This document shows, in pieces, positions 19,598-28,712 of a DNA stretch of 64,000 nt. The notes under the pieces are model-generated. The model ran no database searches. It was not told the origin of the DNA and saw nothing but the letters and a program-made list of their open reading frames with translations. The position numbers and the translations under genes are program-made. This stretch comes from a virus (taxonomy: Duplodnaviria; Caudoviricetes). The stretch is taken from the IMG/VR virus record IMGVR_UViG_3300011862_000001, positions 160,001 to 224,000 of that record. One strand, written 5' to 3'. Within the stretch, counting starts at the first letter, position 1. Each line of letters begins with the position of its first letter.

Positions 19598-20917
19598 ATG
19601 GCGTTATATTCAAAAAGAGCCTTTGGGCTTATTTGCGAACAGGTGAACCGGGATAACCCCCAACTGGCTGTACCGGTAAGTGAACGCAACATCACCTTGC
19701 TACAAGGTCCTTTCAGTACCGCCATGGAAAAAGGGCGTAATACCCGCGTGGTGGTAAACGGAATACCGGAAGGGGGCTACAGTGGCAAACAAACCCTGTA
19801 CTACGACCGGTTAAACCTGACGCAACTGTTTAAAGGAATCCCCATTCCCGTCACAGTTCCGTTTAGGGCACAACGTTACCGGGAGATTGTCACGCAGCTC
19901 TCAGAAGCCTGTGGGTTGTCGCTCTCCGTGGAAGACCTGGGTTACCCGGACAGCGTGTTTGATGCAGCGAATTTAGCAACAGGACAACGCACGGTACAGA
20001 TTCATGCCAACAGTGCGGCGTTTGCCGGTTCTATCACGATAAACTTTACCCGTGATAATCCGTTGTTGACAGATTTGTACCAGGTTACCGAGACCAGCGC
20101 GTGGGAATCACCGGATATCTACACTCGGGTTTACCAACTCGACTGGACGCCGTATATGCAGTCGACGCTGTCGTATCTGCCGCTCGGTACACCGATATAC
20201 AGTGGTATCAACAGCTATATAGCCAACTGCGTTAAAGCGTTGCGAGCGTGGACAGGGATACCCTTTACCTTAAGCTCAGCGATGAACGACAGTCCCTACG
20301 AGTTGTTCGGCTATGTCGTCACCCGGGAAAACAACCCCGGGCTCGACCCGGATATGCGCGGTGAGTTTGCTATCTGCTTTAAGTTCACCCCACCGGCTGC
20401 GTACGGTATGTTGCGCCAACCCTTCTTTTTGCACATGAGTCGCAAGGACAACACCAAGTACCTCACGCAGGAAGAAGACTTACGTCGCTATGTCAACTGG
20501 ATGGGATTTTTGCCGAACAGTAAAACGGATTTACATGCTGATGACTGTAACCGCTATGTGTTCATGGAAGCTCTCGCCCCGATTGGCAGTGACGTGATGT
20601 ACGGCTCACCGTACAAGAACCGAATGGCCATGGGTAAGTTGTCGCGTATGATTCAACACGCGTATCCCACCCAAGCAGACTGGGAATCAGCACTGGCTGC
20701 CAAACGTCCGGTTTTATTCATCATGGGTAACCAGATTTATAGCAGCTCCACCATGCGCTCGGGTCTTAACCGCAACGGTTACCAGAGTCTTGGTTTGAAT
20801 GATGTGCGCTCGTTCTGGTGTACCGAGTTTATTTACTACGACGTGGCGAAAAAAGGCTACATGACCTGGAACCCCGATAGCGCGACAACGCCTGTGGCGT
20901 GGTATCCACCGATATAA
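19598..20917 (+). CDS. virion structural protein, extended paralog (module copy B, gene 1)
   Basis: Colinear paralog of 16129..17439 (VNRDNP, LLQGP, GYSGKQ, YYDRL, QEEDL, FIYYD, AWYPP). Confidence 0.85.
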   Translation: MALYSKRAFGLICEQVNRDNPQLAVPVSERNITLLQGPFSTAMEKGRNTRVVVNGIPEGGYSGKQTLYYDRLNLTQLFKGIPIPVTVPFRAQRYREIVTQLSEACGLSLSVEDLGYPDSVFDAANLATGQRTVQIHANSAAFAGSITINFTRDNPLLTDLYQVTETSAWESPDIYTRVYQLDWTPYMQSTLSYLPLGTPIYSGINSYIANCVKALRAWTGIPFTLSSAMNDSPYELFGYVVTRENNPGLDPDMRGEFAICFKFTPPAAYGMLRQPFFLHMSRKDNTKYLTQEEDLRRYVNWMGFLPNSKTDLHADDCNRYVFMEALAPIGSDVMYGSPYKNRMAMGKLSRMIQHAYPTQADWESALAAKRPVLFIMGNQIYSSSTMRSGLNRNGYQSLGLNDVRSFWCTEFIYYDVAKKGYMTWNPDSATTPVAWYPPI

Positions 20918-20926
20918 GGTACTGTT

Positions 20927-23134
20927 ATGCCGTACACACCTGATTTAGTGAAAACGGTTATTGATTCGCTTAACCGTAAAAACGTGGCGACGCTTGCAAA
21001 AGTAAAGATTGACCCGGTCAACATTCAGTTGGTGTCGGTGGTCTATCGTGATGAAACCACCTTAGACGTGACCGTGGCCGGGAAAGGGCCGATTGCCAGC
21101 TATGGGCAAGTCACTGCTCAGGTAAAAAAGCAAAGCATCGCCAGCTATTTTACCGCCATCCCGGTCAGCAAGCTACCACCGCGCACCACGGTACATGCTT
21201 TGCTGCCGGACCTTCAGCAGATACTGGGTCTCACATTCTTACCCCAAGACTTTGTTGACCTGCCGATTAACTGGCAAGACGGCCAAGCGGTCATCACCTT
21301 CCAAAGCACACCCACCAGTTTATTCTGGTACGGGACTGCCGACGTTACCGTCGTCAGTTCGGAAGTGGATATCGCGACCGTCTTTACCATTACCTCGCTT
21401 ACGGTCAGCGCGAAGAGCTGCACCCGTGCGGAGTGGATAACGCAATTAGAAACCGCCGCTAAGCGGCTGGTTGATGAAAGCAAAATCACTGTCAGTGCGC
21501 CGATGACCTTAGCCGAAGCGGGGGTCACTAATGCCTCGTTCAACACCGTGATTCGTCTTACCGCCAAACCGAACAGCGGCTATACGGGCACCAAAGACAT
21601 CTTCTATAACCGGGTTGACCTCAACCAGTTTAAAGGACTGCCTACGGCGGTGCCGGATGACTTTACCGGTACGATCGTTGATGCGCTCGCCATTGATAAC
21701 ATCGGCATACGACCGGTGCTGTCTTTAGACGAGCTGGACATGGGGCCCATTACTGGTGACTGGCCGAAGCAAGCGACCATCTCGGCTAAACCGGGCTCGT
21801 ATAAAACGTTCGGTACAGCGGCGATATCCGTGATTCGCTACGGCGATAGCGTGCAAACGCTTACCATCACGGCGGCGACGGCGATGGAGTTTAACGCTGC
21901 GTACTGGAAATCCTTGATAGATAACCGTGCACGTTGCGGACGGTTGTTGATGAACATCACGATAAACCAGAATATCTCCGTGTGGAATGATACCGTTAGC
22001 AACGCTACTCTGGAGCTCAAAGAGTTCCCACAGATTGGTGAGATAATCTGTACTATCGTTAACCGTGGCAACTTCTGTGGCCGAGGCGGCAACGGGGCGA
22101 GCTACGCCACCCCTCTCGGTGGTGCCGATGGCGGGACGGCTATTTCAATTAGCGATAACTTCCGCGGCAAGCTTATCATCGATAACTACGGCACCATCGC
22201 CGGCGGCGGTGGAGGTGGCGAAATGTGTTTGATGGGCTCCTATGCAGTAAGCGGTGGGGGCGGTGCACCGCGTGGTACGTCCCCGGCTCCAGGACTCGGT
22301 ACCTACCAAGCGACCAGTCAGAATGCTTCTGATACCTTCGGTGGCAACCCGTCGTTACTCACTTATAATGGGTCGGGTTACCGACAAGATTATGTCGGTG
22401 GTCGTGGGGGTGATATCGGTAAACCGGGTCAAGTCGCGCTGATGAACTCCTACAACACCCCCGGGGGTAATCTGCTATTTACCGGGAGCACGCTTGCAGG
22501 TTATTCCTTTAGGATACCAGGGCAACCCGGTAAAGCGATTGCCGGTAAGCTTGACAAAGTCACCTGGTTGAATAAAGGCACGGTGTTGCCGCCGGTGGTC
22601 GATGAGTATCAGGAATTCTTAGCCTACCTCGAAACCTTGAGTGCCACCCGCTTAGGTAACACGGACGTCTTTAGCGCCTTTAACGGGAAAAGCACGGCGG
22701 TGGTAGTCGAGCTGGCGGGGTTTGTCAACGGGACGCGTACTGCACCGAGTACCAACTCAGGGGATTATCTGTACGGGGCTCCGTGGGGCGGTCCTTTCGC
22801 GCTGGACGACACTCGCGCACTGGCGTTGTTGTGGCATTGTATGCCGAAGTTGGAGACGATGTTTGATAACTTCTTCCTTAACCGTAAAGTGTTGATAGAA
22901 CTGGCCCCCGAAGCCATGGGTGCAGTAGGGTCTGACCTGCGCAACGCCCTTCAGTCACGATCGAATGGCTCGCAGGTTAAGCGGGGCAGCGTGGTGCGCT
23001 GCGTCTACTACGATGCATTCCTCGGCAAGATGATGCAAACGAAACCGAAGACACTAGGTAACGACCAACCTTGGGTACGTCCACCGAAACTTCTCTCTGC
23101 GCTTAACGGCGAGCTCGACGGGTTTATTTCGTAA
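20927..23134 (+). CDS. putative tail fibre/receptor-binding protein with a gp38-like glycine-rich domain (module copy B, gene 2)
   Basis: Colinear paralog of 17454..19574; NRGNFCGRGG, IDNYGTIAGGGGGG, GGGGAPRG. Confidence 0.8.
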   Translation: MPYTPDLVKTVIDSLNRKNVATLAKVKIDPVNIQLVSVVYRDETTLDVTVAGKGPIASYGQVTAQVKKQSIASYFTAIPVSKLPPRTTVHALLPDLQQILGLTFLPQDFVDLPINWQDGQAVITFQSTPTSLFWYGTADVTVVSSEVDIATVFTITSLTVSAKSCTRAEWITQLETAAKRLVDESKITVSAPMTLAEAGVTNASFNTVIRLTAKPNSGYTGTKDIFYNRVDLNQFKGLPTAVPDDFTGTIVDALAIDNIGIRPVLSLDELDMGPITGDWPKQATISAKPGSYKTFGTAAISVIRYGDSVQTLTITAATAMEFNAAYWKSLIDNRARCGRLLMNITINQNISVWNDTVSNATLELKEFPQIGEIICTIVNRGNFCGRGGNGASYATPLGGADGGTAISISDNFRGKLIIDNYGTIAGGGGGGEMCLMGSYAVSGGGGAPRGTSPAPGLGTYQATSQNASDTFGGNPSLLTYNGSGYRQDYVGGRGGDIGKPGQVALMNSYNTPGGNLLFTGSTLAGYSFRIPGQPGKAIAGKLDKVTWLNKGTVLPPVVDEYQEFLAYLETLSATRLGNTDVFSAFNGKSTAVVVELAGFVNGTRTAPSTNSGDYLYGAPWGGPFALDDTRALALLWHCMPKLETMFDNFFLNRKVLIELAPEAMGAVGSDLRNALQSRSNGSQVKRGSVVRCVYYDAFLGKMMQTKPKTLGNDQPWVRPPKLLSALNGELDGFIS

Positions 23135-23158
23135 TTAACTTTAAGGAGTAACGATACC

Positions 23159-24640
23159 ATGGGGTTGTATAGCAAACCTTCATTGGAACTCCTCTGCCAA
23201 CAGCTCATTCGTGACAACCCCGCTTTAGCTAACCGGGCTACCCCAGACGCATTCGGCGTGAAAGGGAGTCCGGTGGCGAAACAGGTCAACGGGCGTAATA
23301 CACAAATTACGCTGGCAGGGCGGCCAGGGAAAGGCTTTAGTGGGGAGCTCACGGTCTACTACGACCGGGTGAATCTGTCCCAATTGTTTCGTTCATCAAC
23401 ACAGCTGATTGAGGTACCACGCACGGCAAAGACGTACGGGGATTTACTCCCGGCGTTTAATGCCGCGCACGGCCTTAACTTGCAACCGAGCGATATCCAA
23501 CTGCCTGACCGGCCTATCGTGCTTTATGCCACACCGGTGACCGTACCGATTGTGACAACACCAGGAGCACTGTGTTTTACGGGTGGTACCAACATTACCT
23601 ACCGCGCCGCACCGATTGGTTATTATCCAAACAGTGGGCCAGGTGAGAAGTATTTACGGGCAGGTAATGAGCTCAACGGTTACTTTGGTTCAGTCAGTTC
23701 CGAGCAGTTGTTTGGCAGCGACTACTTTGCCCAGCGGTTATACGGCGACACAGGGTGGCCGTCACTGAACGCGGTGATGTGGTTGAAGTTCATGCTAAAC
23801 GGGAAGGTCGTCTTTATCCCGGGGCGGGGCTTATTCTACACCGACTGGCAACGACTTTACAAAGCCGGGGCGATATTCGGTACCAGTGGACCAGGACGGC
23901 GTCCACAGACACTGACAGGTGATGTGCCGCAAGAGCTTTACATCTCACGCACCGATGGTGATAAAAGCTATTATTTCAAGGTGTATACGCCGTTCTATCA
24001 AGAAGGTGTTGATATACCGAGTATGGCACAACCGCCGTCACCCACCTCGATATTCTCCCTGACGAAAAAACTGGGGACGTACAGCACCCCTGGTGAGTGG
24101 GGGCAACTTAACGGCACCGAAGGGTATTTAGGGACTGAAGTCTGGACACAGCACAGCGACATGTACAGCAAGGCGTATTACATTGCCATGGACGGCGGCA
24201 TGATGCGCAATACTGATTTGTTTATCAGTGCTGACTGGGCACCGATATTGGAGCTTATCGACCCGGCGACCAATGTGCTTCCGCCTACGGCAGTCACCTA
24301 CGCCCAAACCAAAGCCTTCCCGCCTCTGGTAGTGCAAAGCAAAGCGGCAGCACCGATTAAGCCAGTTAATCTCGACTTGCTTATTCAGCCGGCACCACTA
24401 CCGCTGGTAGGCAGTGCCAAACCGACTAACCCGCCGATTAAACCGGTGACGTTAGATGCGCCGGTGATCACCATACCGCGTCCGCTCGTGGTCAAAGCCT
24501 CAAACACCAATGGTGTTATTGCACCACCGAAGATACTGGGTGTTTACTCGACTGCTCCACATCCGTTGGCCGCTGTTTCACGCAGTTCGTCAAAAACTCC
24601 GCTCGCCAACACTCAAGCAGAGTTGGACGGGTTTAAGTAA
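23159..24640 (+). CDS. virion structural protein (family N-terminus, GPG/GYFG domain, Pro-rich repeats)
   Basis: RNT/YYDR N-terminal family domain; SGPG..L..G...GYFG...KF...GKVVFIP domain; Pro-rich C-terminus ending ELDGFK. Confidence 0.8.
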   Translation: MGLYSKPSLELLCQQLIRDNPALANRATPDAFGVKGSPVAKQVNGRNTQITLAGRPGKGFSGELTVYYDRVNLSQLFRSSTQLIEVPRTAKTYGDLLPAFNAAHGLNLQPSDIQLPDRPIVLYATPVTVPIVTTPGALCFTGGTNITYRAAPIGYYPNSGPGEKYLRAGNELNGYFGSVSSEQLFGSDYFAQRLYGDTGWPSLNAVMWLKFMLNGKVVFIPGRGLFYTDWQRLYKAGAIFGTSGPGRRPQTLTGDVPQELYISRTDGDKSYYFKVYTPFYQEGVDIPSMAQPPSPTSIFSLTKKLGTYSTPGEWGQLNGTEGYLGTEVWTQHSDMYSKAYYIAMDGGMMRNTDLFISADWAPILELIDPATNVLPPTAVTYAQTKAFPPLVVQSKAAAPIKPVNLDLLIQPAPLPLVGSAKPTNPPIKPVTLDAPVITIPRPLVVKASNTNGVIAPPKILGVYSTAPHPLAAVSRSSSKTPLANTQAELDGFK

Positions 24641-24651
24641 GGAATTACTCC

Positions 24652-25644
24652 ATGGCATTTAAACTAAGCTGGAAAAATGACAACCCGGCTGGGTCAGTCA
24701 TCAAGATATATCGTAGTACGACCATGATGAAACTGGACAGTTTACCGACGGCACTGGCAACACTCAGTAACGGGGAAACGTCGTGGACGGATAACACTGT
24801 GGTGTTAAACACCACCTACTATTACCTGTTAACGGTAACCGTGAATGGAAGAACGGTCGCAGGTCCACAGAAAAGCATCACGATAAAGAACCGTCGTGGA
24901 ATCGGCCCAAGCGATTTCATTAACTGGGGCGATTCCGATGATTTAGCCTACTTAGGCGGTACACCTTACGCTGAACAGTTTACCTATAACGCTTTTCCGG
25001 CAGGCTTTCGAGCACTGACTGGTTTCTCGGGAGACTCACCGATAAACTTCGTCAAGTACCTCCACCGGGGGAGAGTGTTGTACCTGGCTGCTACGGCCGG
25101 CGGCAGGATACTTGGCCGTAAAGTATCGTGGGACAGTATCTATAATGCCGGGTTGGTGTATGGGGTAGACGGCCCGGGTCCCGACGGTGGGCGCGGTACT
25201 CTGGCTCCGGTTGACCAGGGCGGGTTGTTTGATTGGCAAGGTGATACTTATCGCATGCGGTTACTCACCGGGTTGTCGGATTTGGGGCAATCGCCTGCGA
25301 TGACGCTTCCTGATGAGATTAACAATGCGCAGCACGATGCCTTGCCGTACGGTCGCTGCGAGTATAACGATCTGATTTATCCGTCGTGCGAATGGGTGCC
25401 AGTCAAACAGCGTGTCCCGAACTGGGTCAACAACCCCTTATCGTCGGTGTTTAACAATACTGCGACGTGGGCGGGTACCGGTTTCTTGTGCCAAGAGCGA
25501 GACCCACAACGCAATGTGGTGGTGATGCGTGGCCAAGCACCCCTTGCCTCTGAAGGTGGCCGTGACCTGCTCCAGATGATTAAATTAGTCGACCCCAGTG
25601 TTGCTAATGGCCATTTTGTTCCTGTTATCGAATTAATGGAGTAA
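24652..25644 (+). CDS. virion structural protein with an N-terminal FN3-like domain
   Basis: LSWKN...IYRS...WTDNTV..NTTYYY; then the GPx/YLG/GRVLY domain shared with neighbours. Confidence 0.75.
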   Translation: MAFKLSWKNDNPAGSVIKIYRSTTMMKLDSLPTALATLSNGETSWTDNTVVLNTTYYYLLTVTVNGRTVAGPQKSITIKNRRGIGPSDFINWGDSDDLAYLGGTPYAEQFTYNAFPAGFRALTGFSGDSPINFVKYLHRGRVLYLAATAGGRILGRKVSWDSIYNAGLVYGVDGPGPDGGRGTLAPVDQGGLFDWQGDTYRMRLLTGLSDLGQSPAMTLPDEINNAQHDALPYGRCEYNDLIYPSCEWVPVKQRVPNWVNNPLSSVFNNTATWAGTGFLCQERDPQRNVVVMRGQAPLASEGGRDLLQMIKLVDPSVANGHFVPVIELME

Positions 25645-25648
25645 GGAC

Positions 25649-26548
25649 ATGTCAATCACGTTAAGCTGGAAACAGCAACCCAGACAAACGTTAGATTCGA
25701 TTGAAATTTATCGTTTCGCTGATCCGCGTGCAACGCCTAACCCACTGGCATTGGGTACACCCCTTGCGGTGTTGCCGGGGGATGCTACAAGCTATGTGGA
25801 TAACACGGTAGCCAACTATACGACGTACCAATATCGCATCGTGTCGGTTAAAGGCAGCGACAAGTCGATGGGCTTCCCGATTGTCCAGGGCTATTTCCCT
25901 CAGACCGGTCCCGGGCCACAAGAGCTGTTGCGTGGTGACTGGTACTGTGGGTATTTTGGCACGCTGTCGAACACCGAGTTCTTCCTCAGTGCTAACGAGT
26001 TTAATGGGTTATTCGGCAACGCAATATGGTCTTATAGTCCGCTGTTGTTCCACAAGTTTGTGTTTCGTGGAAAGATTCTCTTCATCCCTGACACGCAAAC
26101 CGCACAAAATACTCCATGGCGTACCTACGCCGCTGGCGTAATGTATGCCGTAGAGGGAAACGGTCCGCTTGTTCCTGTGGGCTATAATGGCGTTAGCCAG
26201 AGGAAGACGGTGGTTAAGAACGGCTACGAGTATATCGTACGTTTACCGTTACTGATGGAGGGTGCTTATAATGCGAGCTGGAACCAGCCGGTGAACTATA
26301 ACTCTGGCGAATGGTATAACACCATGGGACGTCTGTACTGGATGACCACAGGCCTGCAACGCTTTAACGATCTGCGGTTAGCGGCAGGGGGTTCGCCTAC
26401 CGGCGTAGGTTCTGTGTTATTTGCGAGCGCTGCCGACGCAGGGCGCAACTACTGGTACTGGAACCCGGCGGCACCGACCGCACCTGCGACAGTCGATGTG
26501 GATGCTAACTGTAGCATTTTCCATGTCCTGGAACTGGTGTTGAGTTAA
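25649..26548 (+). CDS. virion structural protein with an N-terminal FN3-like domain
   Basis: LSWKQ...IYR...YVDNTV..TTYQY; TGPGP..L.RG...GYFG...KFVFRGKILFIP. Confidence 0.75.
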   Translation: MSITLSWKQQPRQTLDSIEIYRFADPRATPNPLALGTPLAVLPGDATSYVDNTVANYTTYQYRIVSVKGSDKSMGFPIVQGYFPQTGPGPQELLRGDWYCGYFGTLSNTEFFLSANEFNGLFGNAIWSYSPLLFHKFVFRGKILFIPDTQTAQNTPWRTYAAGVMYAVEGNGPLVPVGYNGVSQRKTVVKNGYEYIVRLPLLMEGAYNASWNQPVNYNSGEWYNTMGRLYWMTTGLQRFNDLRLAAGGSPTGVGSVLFASAADAGRNYWYWNPAAPTAPATVDVDANCSIFHVLELVLS

Positions 26549-26554
26549 TCGTTA

Positions 26555-26601
26555 GAAAAAAATAAAGCTCTACTCCCTGAAGGGAGTAGAGGCTTTTCTT
26601 T
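26555..26601. terminator. bidirectional terminator (CTACT-stem family)
   Basis: A-tract, CTCTACTCCC-TGAA-GGGAGTAGAG, T-tract; between convergent genes. Confidence 0.85.
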
Positions 26602-27065
26602 CATTTGCTGAGCATGGGCGGCGTTGGTGTCGGTGTGCACTGCAAGAACGTCATCCCGGTGCCTTCTCCAGTACGTCCATCAACAGACGAGTAGGAATAG
26701 GTCGGTGCTTTGGCGTTCACACCCCGGATACGATAATAACGGATACCGGTTGTGACATCGACGGCACCATCAATCTTACCGAGCAAGTCTTTATACAGTT
26801 GCGGAGACTCTACTTTCCCACCCGGGAAGGTTGCGACCCACGTCGAACCGTTGTCGATAACTGTGGCTGCGAAAGGCAGCAGTTGTAGCTTACCGAGTTG
26901 AGGCTGGAAGTGGGCAAATGTTTCTTGGGTAGCGCTGCACTGATAGACCGCAAAGGTCTCGGCGGTTTCCACAGGCACCGTGCCAAATTGACCCGCTTGA
27001 TTCGGAGCCATAGCACAACCTGCCAACAGTGCGGAGGCTAACACCGCAAACAAATACTTCACCAT
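26601..27065 (-). CDS. putative lipoprotein
   Basis: Signal peptide MVKYLFAVLASALLAG-C with a canonical lipobox; AAGGA RBS. Confidence 0.8.
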   Translation of the reverse strand: MVKYLFAVLASALLAGCAMAPNQAGQFGTVPVETAETFAVYQCSATQETFAHFQPQLGKLQLLPFAATVIDNGSTWVATFPGGKVESPQLYKDLLGKIDGAVDVTTGIRYYRIRGVNAKAPTYSYSSVDGRTGEGTGMTFLQCTPTPTPPMLSK

Positions 27066-27181
27066 AACGTGTTCCTTTTTTAAAATTGACGCAAGTCGTC
27101 ATATTACGGGCCGTGTCTGTAGAAAGTTGCCAGCCGAGCCCGCTTTTCTATGAACCACCCACACTAGCGAGGATGTAAACC

Positions 27182-27718
27182 ATGGCCATTGTAACGGCAC
27201 AGGCGCAACTGGTTGCCCTGTTTAATGCAAAGAATAGCAGTCTTGCCCAGGCGTTGACTGTAGGGGATGTCGACTTTGGTGCCGTTGCTGCATACAGCCC
27301 GACGGACGGAGCAGATACCCGTAACTCCAAGCTGACCATCACCGCAAAAACCGCGTCTATCTATTTCACTGGCGCAAAAGAACTCCACTACACCCGCTTG
27401 CCCGCTGCCGTTATCGGTGCGCAAGCTATCACTGAAGACCAGGCTAACTGGGACACCGATGCTAAAGTGTTGGCAAAAGTCAACGCAGCGGTTATCGCGG
27501 CCGGTAAAACCCAGGATGAGTTCGCACAGGCGGATTTGACTATTACACGCACCGATGGTGCCGATGGCGATGCAGGTAAGAAAATCGTCACGGTGGCCAT
27601 TAAAGCCGGTCACATCAAATACCTCGCGGGTAACCTCGCGGTGTATACCATCACTCAGCCTATTGTTAAGAATGACCTGAGTGCATCCAACGGTGAACTC
27701 GATACGTTTACCAACTAA
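27182..27718 (+). CDS. virion structural protein (short family member)
   Basis: FNAKN, RNSKL and HYTRL family motifs; ends LSASNGELDTF. Confidence 0.8.
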   Translation: MAIVTAQAQLVALFNAKNSSLAQALTVGDVDFGAVAAYSPTDGADTRNSKLTITAKTASIYFTGAKELHYTRLPAAVIGAQAITEDQANWDTDAKVLAKVNAAVIAAGKTQDEFAQADLTITRTDGADGDAGKKIVTVAIKAGHIKYLAGNLAVYTITQPIVKNDLSASNGELDTFTN

Positions 27719-27722
27719 GTTC

Positions 27723-27760
27723 TAAGCCCACTTCGGTGGGCTTATTGGTTTCTTTTTTTG
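27723..27760 (+). terminator. intrinsic terminator
   Basis: TAAGCCCAC-TTCG-GTGGGCTTA plus T-tract. Confidence 0.85.
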
Positions 27761-27762
27761 GC

Positions 27763-27805
27763 AAATAAAAAAGAAAAAGACCTACTACCCATTGGGGTAG
27801 TAGGT
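27763..27805 (-). terminator. intrinsic terminator of the - strand lysis operon (CTACT-stem family)
   Basis: ACCTACTACCC-ATTG-GGGTAGTAGGT preceded by an A-tract on +. Confidence 0.8.
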
Positions 27806-27836
27806 ATCTCTATTTTAAGCGGCCTGTACGCCATTC

Positions 27837-28547
27837 TCAGACGTTTAAAATGGCAAGCTGCGTAATCGGATTACTTAGCGGTTGCACGCCCCAAAACGCC
27901 GTCTGTGCGTTAAATGCACGTTTGATGTTTTGGTAGCGCATATTCACACACCGCCCAGTCGTCAAATCGAAACGCTCGTGGTCAGGTACCCCAGCATCAA
28001 CATCCGTTCGAAAGAACAGGTAGTTGCGATTGTAGTTGAGCGTGACGTCTGACGGTGACGGATAGGAATAGACGTGCGGGTTATCGTTGCGGTCAGCATA
28101 CGACGGCCAGCCGAAACATTTCACCGCCTCGTAGAACGAGTCACGGATAAAGGTGTCAACCCTTAAGCTTTCCATGATGCGCAGAAACATCAAATCGGCA
28201 AAGGCTTTATCAGTGCAACGCGACAGATTCCCCGCCGGGGTATCCGGGTACGCTACCGGTGACGGGGCACGTTGGTACAGCAGGTCGTGAATACACGCCC
28301 CACCGGCCCACGGTCCATCGGGATGCAGAATCGGACGTAAAGCTTCCGGGATACTCGCCAAGTCCGTGACAAACCCTTTCGGGGCCACCACGTACATCGT
28401 CGTATCAGGATGCACACCCGACAGGTGTACCATTTCATCCATCCCCGGTTTATCGCGGTACAATGAGCGCAGCGTAAACTCGAAGTGGTAGTCTTCGGTT
28501 AAGATAAACCACGGCTTTTCCAATACCTGGTACTTCAACTGGAACAT
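27837..28547 (-). CDS. DUF1353-family protein
   Basis: VVAPKGFVTDLASIP, IHDLLY and ADLMF motifs; start placed at ATG 28547. Confidence 0.8.
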   Translation of the reverse strand: MFQLKYQVLEKPWFILTEDYHFEFTLRSLYRDKPGMDEMVHLSGVHPDTTMYVVAPKGFVTDLASIPEALRPILHPDGPWAGGACIHDLLYQRAPSPVAYPDTPAGNLSRCTDKAFADLMFLRIMESLRVDTFIRDSFYEAVKCFGWPSYADRNDNPHVYSYPSPSDVTLNYNRNYLFFRTDVDAGVPDHERFDLTTGRCVNMRYQNIKRAFNAQTAFWGVQPLSNPITQLAILNV

Positions 28548-28693
28548 ACAAGCACCTTCATACAGGCTAACACCACCATACCGAGCAATGACCCCCACAG
28601 TACAAACGGAGGCGGATCGTCATCACCAAAGAATTTATATTCTTCTCGGATTACTTGCACTTCGGGAAACACTGGGGGTACCGGTTTTTTCAT
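28535..28693 (-). CDS. unannotated 52-aa single-TM peptide (possible lysis accessory)
   Basis: Hand translation MKKPVPPVFPEVQVIREEYKFFGDDDPPPFVLWGSLLGMVVLACMKVLVCSS; GAGG RBS; fills the gap between the endolysin and DUF1353 genes. Confidence 0.65.
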   Translation of the reverse strand: MKKPVPPVFPEVQVIREEYKFFGDDDPPPFVLWGSLLGMVVLACMKVLVCSS

Positions 28694-28712
28694 GGTGTTA
28701 GCCTCACGGTTA

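Noticed and set aside
16129-23134. Diversity-generating retroelement or invertible shufflon acting on the adhesin genes
   Set aside because: No reverse transcriptase, invertase or near-identical template/variable repeat pair was seen; the copies are deeply diverged.
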